Origin: the human T2T-CHM13v2.0 reference genome, Homo sapiens
Length of the DNA stretch: 64,000 nt
NCBI RefSeq assembly: GCF_009914755.1
Contig: NC_060944.1
Direction: 5' to 3' (one strand)
Part shown: piece by piece, positions 1-17,013 of the stretch
How the letters are laid out: each line of letters begins with the position of its first letter
How positions within the stretch are numbered: position 1 is the stretch's first letter
Notes under the pieces: model-generated
Told to the model about the DNA's origin: nothing
The model's input: the letters and a program-made list of their open reading frames with translations, nothing else
Databases searched by the model: none
Translations under genes and position numbers: made by a program

Positions 1-202
1 GACAGAAAAACAAGATGAGAACTTGGCTTCAAAGCTACACTATTAAGAACAGTGACCACAATAGTACTAAAAGCTACCGTTTATTAAGTCCCTATGGTGT
101 TCCTGGCATTCTGCTGGATGCTTTCCTTGGTGCAGTAGAGAGCACGGTTATTAAATCTGTAGTCAGACTGTCAATAGTTTGAATCTTAGCAGAAAAGGGT
201 AC

Positions 203-606
203 TATCTTAATTTGTTTTCTTTGCTTCTAACAGAATACCTGAAACTGAGTAATTTATAAAGCAAAGGAATTTATTTCTTACAGTTAGGGAGGCTGAGAAG
301 GCCAAGGTCAAGAAGCCACATCTGGTGAGAAACTTCTTGCTGGTAGAGACTCTCTCGAGAGTTCTGAGGCAACTCAGGGCATCACATGAACAAAGGCCTC
401 TCTTCTTCTAATAAAGCCCCCAGTCCCATTCTCATAGCCCATTAATCTCTTAACCTATTCATTCATTCATGCATGGATGGATTAATTCCCTCATGAGGGC
501 TCTGCCCATTCAACCCCCTCTTAAAAACTCCACCTCTCAATACTGCCACACTGGGAATTAAGTTTCAACCTCAGTTTTGAAGAGGACAAACACTGAAACC
601 ATAGCT
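203..606 (-). mobile_element. MaLR solo LTR (MST family) inserted in a MIR
   Basis: MST-like sequence; 5-bp TSD ggtac at 198-202 and 607-611; MIR-like sequence on both sides. Confidence 0.8.
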
Positions 607-1255
607 GGTACCTAGAGATTTAAAGCCTTAGTCTCTTATCTGTAAAATGGTGATACTAATGGTATATAGCCTCATTGGTTGGTTTCAAGGATTAATGAGA
701 TAATGTATTGAATGTCTTTGGCATATTGCCTGGCTATCAATCACTGTTAGCTTACTTCTAAAATATGATCAGTGCTCTATAAAAGATTGCTATGCAGCAA
801 CATTATTTCTTAAACCATAAATCAGAGTGTTTTGTGAATTTTTTTCCTTTCCCTCTTCTCTCATGCGTACTTCCAGAGAGCAGAGTTTCCTTTCCTACCC
901 AAACCAAACAGGGGCAAGCATTTAAAGATTTAAGTGCCTAGTGAATATATCCTATTTGCCAGCTTTTCCCCTCCTAGAAACAAAAAAGCCTGGGACTTCT
1001 AGAAAGGCAGGGAAGCATCTGAGGGTCCACTTGAACTCCAGTGAAAATGGCTCCAGGATTAGATGCACTCAAAGTGTGAAATAGAAAGCAAATCTTCCCG
1101 AACGGGGCCTAGGCCCAGGAGTAGAAGAGATAATGAGGAAGGACTTCCCATGATTCACATAAGTGCCCCTGAAGAAAAGGTGGGAAACTTGGAATCTTTT
1201 TGTGGGAGACGGTAGAGTGAAGAGAGAGTTTTGCTTGCCTCCTTTTCCTCTGTTT

Positions 1256-1289
1256 GTGTGTATGTGTGTGTGTGTGTGTGTGTATGTGT
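1256..1289. repeat. (TG)n microsatellite
   Basis: Seen directly. Confidence 0.95.
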
Positions 1290-1385
1290 TCCAATATAAT
1301 GGAAGAAGCAGAATCTGCCATTGTAAGTGAGATAGTGTTGATCTCGCAGACATGGATATAGCTATTATAAGCCATAACCTGTAAG

Positions 1386-1676
1386 AATGCTTTCCAATAG
1401 AAATATAAGCCACATATATAATTTAAAATCCTTAATAGCAATATTTAAAACAGTAAAAAGAAACAGGTGAAATTAAATGTAATAACATATTCTAATGTAA
1501 CCCAATATATTCCAAATGTTATCATTGTAATATGTAAGGAAGATGAAGTCAATTGTATCAAGTCTTTGGCATCTAATATGTATGTTAAAGCTAAAGCACA
1601 TCTCAATTTGAACAAGCCATATTTCAAGTGTTCAATGGCCATATGTGGCTATTGGCTACTGCATCAGACAGTGCAG
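1386..1676. mobile_element. MER33-like hAT-Charlie non-autonomous DNA transposon
   Basis: tccaatagaaatata...aaaaagaaacaggtgaaatt...tgtggctattggctact...gacagtgcag. Confidence 0.8.
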
Positions 1677-2415
1677 GTTTATATTCTTCAGAGCTCCGCA
1701 GAAAGGCTGACAGCATCATTTCTATTTTACAAATAAGAAAAATACAAAACAGAGAAGTACATAACTGGTCAAGAATTCATATATTAAACCAATTCTATCT
1801 CACTCCAGCCTCTGTATGATTTTGCCAACCTACACTGATTCTTGGGGCTTCTTCATGAGAAAACAGAAATAATACATACCTCTCTCAAAAAGACAAAATG
1901 AGACCAACAAAATTAAGAAAGCAAAATTCCACCAAATATTCTACCACAATCTCCACATCAGTTTCAATTTTTGCCAAGAATCTTCTTTGCTCGTTTAAAA
2001 ACAATCTATTAAGCATCAGTATTATGGCAGATGCTTATTTTGGGGACAAGACAGCAGGAGTCTGTTTCTTCAAGCCAAGCAGGAGATGTCCTAGGCCACA
2101 GAGTGGAACATTTAGTAGAGTGAGACTCTAGTGAAGAAGAACTTGGAAGTGGCCCATTATTATCCTAATGGGAAGTAAATTTTCTTTAGCAGGAATTATT
2201 TCAGTTGCATAGAACTTTCAAGTTACTTCCTAAATGGCTAGAGATTTGGGGGTGGAGATAAAAGGCTGGATATGTCCTTGCAATGTCACCTGATCCCCAG
2301 CCCAATACTTAACACAGCTCCTTTGCTCACCCTTCTTCTACTTCAAACCAGTTGATGGGAGCCCAAAACTGTGATTTAGAATCTCACTCAACTTTTGTAA
2401 AAGTACATATGTAAT

Positions 2416-2832
2416 TGTATTAGTCTCTTCTCACATTGCTATAATGAAATTCCTGAGACTGGGTCATTTATAAAGAAAAGAGGTTTAACTGGCTCATGAC
2501 TCTGCAGGCTATACAGGAAGCATACCAGCATCTGCTCACCTTCTGGGGAAGCCTCAGAAAGCTCACAATCATGACAGAACGTGAAGGAGAAGCAGGCATG
2601 TCTTACAGGGCTGGAGCAGGAGGAAGAGGGAGATTGAGGTGCCACACGCTGTTAAACAACCACTTCTCACAATAATTCACTCACTATACAGTACCAAAGG
2701 GGTATGGTTCTAAACAATTCATAAAAGATTCACCCCCATGATCCAATCACATCCCACCAGGCCCCACTTCCAACATCAGCAATTACAATTGAAAATGAGA
2801 TTTGAGTGGGGAAACAGATCCAAACCATATCA
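2416..2832 (-). mobile_element. MaLR solo LTR (MSTA-like)
   Basis: tgtattagtc...caaaccatatca termini; near-TSD gtaat/gtaaa. Confidence 0.88.
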
Positions 2833-2999
2833 GTAAAATAATACAGGCTCAAGAGAAAATTTAAGAAATTAAGATAATAAAGTTTCATTTTACTGAGAAA
2901 GGTTTCATTTAGAGAGAATAGGTGAATACCCAAAGATCACGCCTGTAAGCATTGAGAGAAAGATTCAAAATCTCTTGGTTTTCAAAAAAAAAAATTATT

Positions 3000-3665
3000 A
3001 ACATAAGGAATGGGAGAAGTTATTTGCAATACATATGTTTGATATGGAACTCCCATCCAGATTATATAACAATGCCAACAAATCAATAAAAAAAGACAGG
3101 AAACCCAATAAAAAGAAAAAATGGACAAAAGACTTGAACAGACACATCGTGAAAGAGAATATACAAATAGCCAGTAAACATTTTGGTGGGCTATGCTCAC
3201 CAAACCCATGTAAAAAATTTTTATCAAGATTTCATGATAATGGCTAAAACCTGGAAATAACTCAAATGTCCATCAATAACAGAATAGATTAAAGGTAATT
3301 GCAGTGTGTTTAGAGAACGAAATGAAAAGCAATGAGAATGAACGAATTGCCATCATTTGCAACAGAGATGAATCTCATAAACATGATATTGAGCAAAAGA
3401 AGCCAGAAATAAGAAACTTGTATAAGTCTTCCTATATAAAGTTCTAAAATAGGCAAAACTAACCTATAGTGTTAGAAGTCAGGTTTGTGATTAGCCAATC
3501 GAATGGGTAGGAAGTGACTAGAAGTGGGCATGTAAAGAGGGAGTGTCTAGAGGGCTGAAAATGTTTCTTGATCTCACTGAATGTTACATGGGTGAGCTTT
3601 ATTTCTCAAAAATGTACCACCATGTACACTCATGATACATACACTTTTCTCTATGTCTGGCATTA
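3000..3665 (+). mobile_element. Old L1 (L1M/L1ME-type) 3' fragment
   Basis: Degenerate ORF2 end (KKWTKDLNRH) and 3'UTR motifs; resumes briefly after 4057. Confidence 0.7.
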
Positions 3666-4057
3666 TGTCAACGAGGGAAAAGAGAGACCTCAAGCCAGTG
3701 AATCAGAGATAGGGTTTACTGAGGACTTACATACAAGGGCGGTCCAGTGGTGGTGGGATGGAAAGGAGAACCACTACCATTTGTAAAAAGCACGCAGTTT
3801 ATATAGCATTTTTGCTTAGCACCCTCCACCTACCAACCTCCATTTAACCCAACACAAAGGGACTTGGTCCCTTGTACAGCCTGCATTCCAAGGAATGGGC
3901 TGGGGGTTCAGATGTTCTTCGTAGATAAGGAGTGAATCTCTGTATTGGCCATTCCTGGATTCTTCAGCTGGGAACACCAAACACACATTCTTCTTAAACC
4001 ACAGGGTCATTCTCAAGCTATGCTTAAGTTATTGCTGTCAAATGTGTCTGCCATACA
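3666..4057 (-). mobile_element. Solo LTR, LTR47-like
   Basis: Minus strand begins TGTATGGCAGACACATTTGACAGCAATAACTTAAGCATA; TG...CA termini. Confidence 0.65.
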
Positions 4058-4954
4058 CTGTTATATTTCAATGAAAGACTTTACAAAAAGGAAAGAAAAT
4101 GCCAGAATTCTTCCCAAGCTAGGTGCTTGTCTTGGTTAGTAGATTTGGAAATTTGAGCCCTGCCCTACTTCCTACCCTTCACCCACAAAGCATTTCTGAC
4201 CCTTCCACTTAAGGATTCCAAACAATCTAATGCCTCTGTTGGTCATGACCATCACTCAAGAAAATGTCTTTTGGTGATTAGAAGTTCAATTTAATAAAAT
4301 CCCTTGCTGAATATTTTAGAGCAGGAATTACATTAAGATTATCCAAGCCCAAAAGTTCAGGTGAATTATCAGAGTGATGGTCATATTCACAATGTTTCTT
4401 CCTTCCTCTCTCATAACCCAGAGTCTCCCTGAGGTTCCCAAGCAAAAGCTTACACCAGACATTTTGTACAAATAAAGAAAAAAGGGGAGCTTTTTCACCC
4501 CATTTCCTGTGTCCTATCTATAGACCAATGCCAAAATGGCATTGAGAAAAGACATTGACTTTAGCGTTAGAGTTCTATAGTCATACCAAATTCCCCACAA
4601 TCTTGTAAACACAAACTGTCCTGTTAACAATATTTTGGAGAATGTCCATGCCAGGGGAAGTCTCTACAGTGGCAAAACAGTCATCCAGGACATAGTTATG
4701 GAGGCTTCCAGCTGTGACAGGTCCTTGATAAATTTATCAAGGAAGGTCTAGGTCATGGTCCTCAACCTTGCAAGTATAAAATCTACAGTAGTGGTATAAT
4801 ACTGTAGGGAATGACCTGACTCCCACAGCCCTCCTTCTCCTTTTTCCCATGGTCTTTTCTCCCATCTTTGGCAGTTAGATTACTTCTTCTTCAGTGTTAT
4901 CACTGAAAAGTACAGAAAGAGAGAGACAACAATTTAATGTGCAGCCCTCACATT

Positions 4955-5764
4955 CAACATAGAGCTTGGAGGAGATGGCAGAATGACACCAGTGAGTGGC
5001 CTTTACCTGTACATCAACCTAGAGCTGCTGGAAGATGTCTACCAGGTATCTGCCATGCTCCTGGGGGTCCCCAACATGTGACAAGCTAGTCCATCTCCAG
5101 CTGTGGATAAAAGGGCAGAGGCTCCCCCTTGGCCCTCTGACTCAAAAACGGAATATGTCATTGCGGCCTTTAAAGGCCATTAAGATGGGTGGCTGGAAAA
5201 CCTACCCAAGCTGCTTTCATCAACAAGGTGGAAATGTGAGACCTGTTCTTCAACGCTGTGCTGGTCAAGTGTGCATGGTGAGTGCCTGCATAATTACTTG
5301 TTCCCTTACAGCAGAGCCTATGATCCAGCAGCATGGAAATGCTTTCTGTCCTCTCAGCAGTCCAATTATCAAGATAATCATGCATAAGGAGCAAATGGCC
5401 TGGACCAGTTGTCACTGATGGTGGTGATGCACCCACCATACTGAGCCGCAACCCTGCAGAACCTGGCCCTGCAGCTGGCAGAAAGGAGAAAATGAGTTAG
5501 TGATTGCTCACAAGCAGGTCACTTCTATGGGAGTGCTTTGTCTAAGACCGGAGGACTGGCTCTGCAAAAACACAGGCTACGCACATAGAGGTGGTGGCTG
5601 ACAGCAGCAACTTCAGACACCCTGTTGATCACTCCACCTATATTGCCATGACTCAGACTGCTCAACTTGTAAGGGATAAACCGTGATGCTCTTCATCTTC
5701 CTATAGTCCAGGCACTGAAGTTCTATGTAAAGCTTAAAAAACTTAAAAAAAAAAAAAAAAAAAA
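4955..5764 (+). pseudogene. Decayed 5'-truncated processed pseudogene of EIF3C (C-terminal PCI region, 3'UTR, A-tail)
   Basis: Frameshifted translations YINLELLEDVYQVSAMLLGVPNM, KAIKMGGWKT, NKVxxxDLF, VVMH...[10 protein letters not shown] and RGGG*QQQLQTPC* are collinear with eIF3c [60 protein letters not shown] and RGGYRQQQSQTAY*. No introns; stop at 5626-5628; A-run at ~5745-5764. Confidence 0.88.
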
Positions 5765-5899
5765 GCTTTTCTCCCATGGAGTCATTACAGATGGACTAGA
5801 GCTATGAGATGTAGACAGCAAAGTGACATGGCTTCAGCTGCTCATACACTACTGCTTATAACAACACAGGTGCCCTAAGAACCTGTCTTTTAAGTATTC

Positions 5900-6195
5900 T
5901 TTTTTTTTTTTTTTTTTTTTTTGAGATGGAGTTTCGCTCTGTTGCCCTGGCTGTTGTGATCTCAACTCACCGCAACCTCTGCCTCCTGGGCTCAAGAGAT
6001 TCTCCTGCCTCAGCCTCCAGAGTAGCTGGGATTACAGCCATGCACCACCACATCTGGCTAATTTTGTATTTTTATTAGAGACGTGGTTTCACCATGTTGA
6101 TCAGGCTGGTCTCGAACTCCAGACCTCAGGTGATCCGCCCAGCCTCGGCCTCCCAAACTGCTGGGATTACAGGCATGACCCACCATGCCCAGCTG
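5900..6195 (-). mobile_element. AluS
   Basis: Dimeric Alu with poly(T); TSD aagtattctttttt at 5892 and 6196. Confidence 0.95.
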
Positions 6196-6204
6196 AAGTA
6201 TTCT

Positions 6205-6460
6205 TTTTTAACAGCTTTATTGAGTTATAATTGACATATGGATACTGAATATATTTAAAATATGCAATTTGATGATTTGGCATATGCAGACTACTGTGAA
6301 ACTATTACCACAATCATAAAAATAAACTTAACTCTTCACCCCCAAAATCTTCCTCATGACCTTTTAAAATCTCTCCCTTTCTGCCTCATTCCTAAACAAA
6401 CACTGATCTGCTTTCTGTTCTATTGATTTGCTTTTAGTGTCTAGAATTTTAGACAAATGT
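6205..6460 (-). mobile_element. Old L1M 3' end fragment
   Basis: acagctttattgag...taattgacata...tgtgaaactattaccacaatc. Confidence 0.7.
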
Positions 6461-8344
6461 TGCTTTATTTAGCCATAGTTGATTTCTTTTCATTATAGAT
6501 ATGCTCACCCCCACCCCCTACCACATACACAAACCTTTGAAGCCCATGGCAGAGACAACTTTGAGAGAAAGACTCTGAGACTTGTGAGACTAAATCCTTG
6601 GAGAATCTAGATGAGAAAATCTCATCTCAAGCTGCTCCTCATTTCAGAGATTGACATGGGAGAAGACATCAAAATGGACAAAAGCTTCCTTCCCTTCTTT
6701 CACCAGCCTTGGGAAGAATTCCACAGCCAGTGGAGAGTAAAATTTTCCAGGAAAATCAAGAGAACTAGACTGCTGGCTGCTAACGTGGGAGAAGATGGGA
6801 AAAGCCTTAGGGAAGTTTAAGGAGCCCAGAATGCAGGGGACCAATACTCAAAGTCCAGTTAGAAACACAGTTGTCTCAGTGATACTAACCTAAGGCATCA
6901 ATGACAACAAAGTGCACCCATGTTAACGGAGGGAGAGAGGCCGCATAAAATACCGACCGTGAGAAGAAGCAGGAGAAATCCTGGAACTGAATGAGAAATC
7001 CCAGAAATTCCTTAGAAAAAGTGGCATGATTATATGTGCCTGGAACTAACTGGAATTAATGGCTCTCTAACTAGAAATTTAATTTCGTTATCCAAAAAAA
7101 TAAGTTACATTTTACACACCTGAGCACTTAGCTTGTGAAAGTCACACCTATTACATGATCCTATGAGTGTGTCTAAGTGATTATGTCCATTTCTAACAAT
7201 AAGCTTCATGAGATACTGATAAAGAACATTTTTAAAAAAATAGAAACAATTTAAAAATCTGTGCTGAGCTGCCTCCCTCCTGTATCCTCTTTGCTCTGCT
7301 ACAGGCCCTACCTGATCTGCCCACCTGTTCCTTGTGCTCACCCTTCCTCAAGCTGCTCCAGCCACCACCTCTGCTGCCTCACTTTTCCCAGACTAGTGGT
7401 TCCCTCTGCTTGGAATCCCTTCCCAGAATCTCCCCACCAGGTACTACTTCACTTCCTACAGGCATTTAATCAAAAGGCTTCTCAAACAAAAAAAAAAAAC
7501 TTTTTAAAAATTTCAACCTCCAGGGCTTTTCTGCCCCCCACCCCACAAACTATATACTGTATATGGCTTATTGCCTGACTCTATGGCTAGGATAAGTGCC
7601 CTGCCAGGCTATGGATTAGTTTTTGTTTTAGTCACATTTTATCTTCAGCAGGTCAAACAGGGCAAGATATTGATTGGACCCTCAGTAATCACTCCACGAA
7701 AGGATATAATCCACTGGCCACTGCCTTCCCTTCCTCTAGGTAGCATTCACAGGTAGATGAATTACAATAGGTAGAAGGCGTTTTCTCCTTGAGTCTACAA
7801 TCGGATTCAAAGGTGGATTGGCAACCAGGCTCTGACAGCCACAGCATCTGCCCCCACCATAGCATTTGGCCTGCCTTCTCTGATCACACCATCAGAGGCA
7901 GCCTGCCTCTGAGACGGTCCTAAGCAGGTACCACCCACACCACTCTCTGTATTTCATCCCCAGCCCCTACCTACCAGAGGGAGCAATTTTCAAAGAGGAA
8001 GACACATTATGCTTACAACAGTCAAGATCCTGTGCCTGGTGTATTTTGTTTAATTGAGCTCTCCTTTTCCAATGCTTCAAAGATAAACCAGCTCCCCTCC
8101 AGTGGATAAAGTCTCCCTTTGGGTTTATCATGTGTTTAATCAAGCTTCAGTCAATCTTGGGGCTCTGGACACAATTACAATGCCTGCACATCTCTATTCC
8201 AGGCCATTATAGTTAGAGCTTGATTTTGCAATGGCCTTATTAATTTTAAGCCTTTTGGGTAACATCAGTGTAGCTCTAGAGAGCATGTTCTCTAACTACC
8301 AGGGCAACTACTTACAAATATAGAGAAGCATGTATCAGTGAAAA

Positions 8345-8560
8345 TAATAATAATAACAATAATAATAATAGAATTTACTCAACTCACATCATGTGCCAGA
8401 AAGTGCTCCAGCCCTTTACATGTAGTAAGTTATTTAATATAATAATCCTATGAGGTAGGTGCTGTTATCTATTCCATTTTATAGACAAGGAAACTGAGGC
8501 ATAGAGAAATTAAGTAACTTAATAACATTGCATAGTAGTGAGTGGCAGACCTATTGTTGC
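8345..8560 (-). mobile_element. MIR
   Basis: Core ccattttatagacaaggaaactgaggcatagagaaattaagtaactt. Confidence 0.8.
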
Positions 8561-8604
8561 ACAGTATATAATCACAGTAATAAATTAGATAAAAATCAAA
8601 GACA

Positions 8605-9060
<456 letters not shown>

Positions 9061-9376
9061 TGCACATAAAACTTCATAATAGTCTAACAACATCCCCAGA
9101 CATTAAAGGAGGTAGACAAAAAAAATTCAAGTTCATCTGAAAACACTTGATTTTATTTATTAATCAAGCAGATATTTTCATGTGTTACTTTCATAAAGTT
9201 TCATAAAAATATTTCATAAATTAAAAATTTAATAAAAATTACTTAAAGCTGTATAGTTAGCTAGAGAAAAAAATGATTAAAAAATAAATAACCTCTGTTT
9301 TTAACACTAAATTCTTTTTATGGATCCATATATTCCTCCTCTAATCTAATATTCTGTGCTGCTATTGTAGTGGCTA

Positions 9377-9980
9377 TGTTGTCTGTCTGGGGTATATACC
9401 CCTGGGGTTCCTCGTCGCCTGCCAGGAAAATTTAGGACACGGACACGCACGAGGAGTTTAAGAGCGGAGGTTCAATAGGTGGAAGAGAAGAGAAAGAGAA
9501 ACAGCTACCTCTATAGAGTAAGGGGTCTCTGAGGGGAAAGTACTGGCTGGCCGTGAATGCACCAAGTTTTATAGTCCAGTTTGAGGAGGCGGTGTCTGAT
9601 TTACATAGGGCTCATAGATTGGTTCGATCACGTATGACGTTTACATAGTGCCTGGGGAAGGCTTGTTGCCCCACCCTAATCTTCTTATGCAAATGAGCTT
9701 TCCAGTTGATCGAGGCCATCTTGTCTATTTCTTACTGTACACTTGGCTGGCAGAGAAGGGAAGATGGAACTGCCATCTTGAACATGTCTAGTCCTTAGTT
9801 CCTGCCAGCATTCACTGTGCAAGCTCCCAGCTTGCTTGTGTGTATCTGCAGCTCGACATTACAGGCTGCTCTTTGTTAGAAAATGATTTGGGGCTGCTTT
9901 TCACTAAAGAGAGAAGACTTACTGAGGACTCCCATGCCCTTACTATCTGCCTAAGTAATTTCTTCTTAACTTCTATATCA
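9377..9980 (-). mobile_element. ERV1 solo LTR, LTR9 family
   Basis: Minus strand begins TGATATAGAAGTTAAGAAGAAATTACTTAGGCAGATAGT; ~600 bp; ctat on both flanks. Confidence 0.8.
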
Positions 9981-10059
9981 CTATCATCTGGATAATTATT
10001 TAACTTCAGTTCACATTATTAACATGGTAGACTGTTTTACTCGGTTACTGAATTATTTT

Positions 10060-10385
10060 AAAATATTTGTAATGAGCATCTGCTATGTACCAGGCACAGT
10101 GCTAGACTATGTATTTAAGGAGTGAACACAGCAGACACCACCTCTGCTCACAGCACCAAGAATGCAAGTGAGAATTTTAGCAGTGGAAAAGAAAATATGT
10201 GTATTTCTTCACATGCAGCCCTTATAAGCCAGGCTAATTGTAAAGGGTAGGAATGTGGGGACAAAGGGCAGGGATGCTTCTGGCAGGTTGAGGATTCTGA
10301 CCTTATTCTAACAGCAATGGGAAGCTGCTGATGAGTTTCCAACCATCGAGCCGTCCAGTCAGATTTGTGTTTAAAAAACAAGACA
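10060..10385 (-). mobile_element. L2 fragment
   Basis: tgagcatctgctatgtaccaggcacagtgctag and downstream L2-like motifs. Confidence 0.6.
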
Positions 10386-10639
10386 AAATAAAACCACTAG
10401 GGTCACTGGATTTATTTTATTTATTTTTTTTTTTATTATACTCTAAGTTTTAGGGTACATGTGCACATTGTGCAGGTTAGTTACATATGTATACATGTGC
10501 CATGCTGGTGCGCTGCACCCACTAATGTGTCATCTAGCATTAGGTATATCTCCCAATGCTATCCCTCCCCCCTCCCCCGACCCCACCACAGTCCCCAGAG
10601 TGTGATATTCCCCTTCCTGTGTCCATGTGATCTCATTGT

Positions 10640-14467
<3,828 letters not shown>

Positions 14468-14530
14468 TATGATGTTAGCTGGTGATTTTGCTCATTAGTT
14501 GATGCAGTTTCTTCCTAGTCTCGATGGTCT

Positions 14531-15547
14531 TTACATTTTGGCATGATTTTGCAGCGGCTGGTACCGGTTGTTCCTTTCCATGTTTAGCGCTTCCTTCAGG
14601 AGCTCTTTTAGGGCAGGCCTGGTGGTGACAAAATCTCTCAGCATTTGCTTGTCTGTAAAGTATTTTATTTCTCCTTCACTTATGAAGCTTAGTTTGGCTG
14701 GATATGAAATTCTGGGTTGAAAATTCTTTTCTTTAAGAATGTTGAATATTGGCCCCCACTCTCTTCTGGCTTGTAGGGTTTCTGCCGAGAGATCCGCTGT
14801 TAGTCTGATGGGCTTTCCTTTGAGGGTAACCCGACCTTTCTCTCTGGCTGCCCTTAACATTTTTTCCTTCATTTCAACTTTGGTGAATCTGACAATTATG
14901 TGTCTTGGAGTTGCTCTTCTCGAGGAGTATCTTTGTGGCGTTCTCTGTATTTCCTGAATCTGAACGTTGGCCTGCCTTGCTAGATTGGGGAAGTTCTCCT
15001 GGATAATATCCTGCAGAGTGTTTTCCAACTTGGTTCCATTCTCCACATCACTTTCAGGTACACCAATCAGACGTAGATTTGGTCTTTTCACATAGTCCCA
15101 TATTTCTTGGAGGCTTTGCTCATTTCTTTTTATTCTTTTTTCTCTAAACTTCCCTTCTCGCTTCATTTCATTCATTTCATCTTCCATTGCTGATACCCTT
15201 TCTTCCAGTTGATCGCATCGGCTCCTGAGGCTTCTGCATTCTTCACGTAGTTCTCGAGCCTTGGTTTTCAGCTCCATCAGCTCCTTTAAGCACTTCTCTG
15301 TATTGGTTATTCTAGTTATACATTCTTCTAAATTTTTTTCAAAGTTTTCAACTTCTTTGCCTTTGGTTTGAATGTCCTCCCGTAGCTCAGAGTAATTTGA
15401 TCGTCTGAAGCCTTCTTCTCTCAGCTCGTCAAAATCATTCTCCATCCAGCTTTGTTCTGTTGCTGGTGAGGAACTGCGTTCCTTTGGAGGAGGAGAGGCG
15501 CTCTGCGTTTTAGAGTTTCCAGTTTTTCTGTTCTGTTTTTTTCCCAT
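14531..15547 (-). CDS. L1 ORF1p, 338 aa, intact (coiled coil, RRM, CTD)
   Basis: MGKKQNRKTGNSKTQSASPPPK...NHAKM; REKG, ARR and YPAKLS motifs intact; 63-nt spacer before ORF2. Confidence 0.98.
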   Translation of the reverse strand: MGKKQNRKTGNSKTQSASPPPKERSSSPATEQSWMENDFDELREEGFRRSNYSELREDIQTKGKEVENFEKNLEECITRITNTEKCLKELMELKTKARELREECRSLRSRCDQLEERVSAMEDEMNEMKREGKFREKRIKRNEQSLQEIWDYVKRPNLRLIGVPESDVENGTKLENTLQDIIQENFPNLARQANVQIQEIQRTPQRYSSRRATPRHIIVRFTKVEMKEKMLRAAREKGRVTLKGKPIRLTADLSAETLQARREWGPIFNILKEKNFQPRISYPAKLSFISEGEIKYFTDKQMLRDFVTTRPALKELLKEALNMERNNRYQPLQNHAKM

Positions 15548-16450
15548 CTTTGTGGTTTTATCTACTTTTGGTCTTTGATGATGGTGATGTACAGATGGGT
15601 TTTCGGTGTAGATGTCCTTTCTGGTTGTTAGTTTTCCTTCTAACAGACAGGACCCTCAGCTGCAGGTCTGTTGGAATACCCTGCCGTGTGAGGTGTCAGT
15701 GTGCCCCTGCTGGGGGGTGCCTCCCAGTTAGGCTGCTCGGGGGTCAGGGGTCAGGGACCCACTTGAGGAGGCAGTCTGCCCGTTCTCAGATCTCCAGCTG
15801 CGTGCTGGGAGAACCGCTGCTCTCTTCAAAGCTGTCAGACAGGGACACTTAAGTCTGCAGAGGTTACTGCTGTCTTTTTGTTTGTCTGTGCCCTGCCCCC
15901 AGAGGTGGAGCCTACAGAGGCAGGCAGGCCTCCTTGAGCTGTGGTGGGCTCCACCCAGTTCGAGCTTCCCGGCTGCTTTGTTTACCTAAGCAAGCCTGGG
16001 CAATGGCGGGCGCCCCTCCCCCAGCCTCGTTGCCGCCTTGCAGTTTGATCTCAGACTGCTGTGCTAGCAATCAGCGAGATTCCGTGGGCGTAGGACCCTC
16101 TGAGCCAGGTGTGGGATATAGTCTCGTGGTGCGCCGTTTCTTAAGCCGGTCTGAAAAGCGCAATATTCGGGTGGGAGTGACCCGATTTTCCAGGTGCATC
16201 CGTCACCCCTTTCTTTGACTCGGAAAGGGAACTCCCTGACCCCTTGCGCTTCCCAGGTGAGGCAATGCCTCGCCCTGCTTCGGCTCGCGCACGGTGCGCA
16301 CACACACTGGCCTGCGCCCACTGTCTGGCACTCCCTAGTGAGATGAACCCGGTACCTCAGATGGAAATGCAGAAATCACCCGTCTTCTGCGTCGCTCACG
16401 CTGGGAGCTGTAGACCGGAGCTGTTCCTATTCGGCCATCTTGGCTCCTCC
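15548..16450 (-). promoter_or_regulatory. L1 5'UTR: CpG-rich internal sense promoter plus antisense promoter; YY1 site at 16434-16442
   Basis: Complete ~900-bp CpG-dense UTR with CAAGATGGC intact. Confidence 0.9.
16003..16218 (+). CDS. L1 ORF0 (antisense ORF of the 5'UTR), 71 aa
   Basis: ATG at 16003, MAGAPPPASLPPCSLISDCC...RHPFL, 216 nt including stop. Confidence 0.85.
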   Translation: MAGAPPPASLPPCSLISDCCASNQRDSVGVGPSEPGVGYSLVVRRFLSRSEKRNIRVGVTRFSRCIRHPFL

Positions 16451-16733
16451 GGGTCACTGGATTTAAAGACAGCAACCTACACCAACCACATGTGGCTTCT
16501 TAATATTCCTAGGATTAAAATGTAATAAAACACAATCAACACCAACAGTCAACTGGAAATGATGTAATCCTTAATAATTAGAAAATAATGAACAAGGGAC
16601 AATTCTTACCCATAAAGAGCTAGGTTACAGAGTTCTGCATGAAGGTCTAACATGGAATCATAGCAGCAGCGCTCCTTGCAAGTCTTCCTTTTATAACTAA
16701 AAGATAATTTTAGAAAAAGATTGATCCCATTTT

Positions 16734-17013
<280 letters not shown>

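Noticed and set aside
5035-5418. 127-aa ORF as a functional gene
   Set aside because: It is a mosaic of in-frame and out-of-frame pieces of the EIF3C pseudogene.
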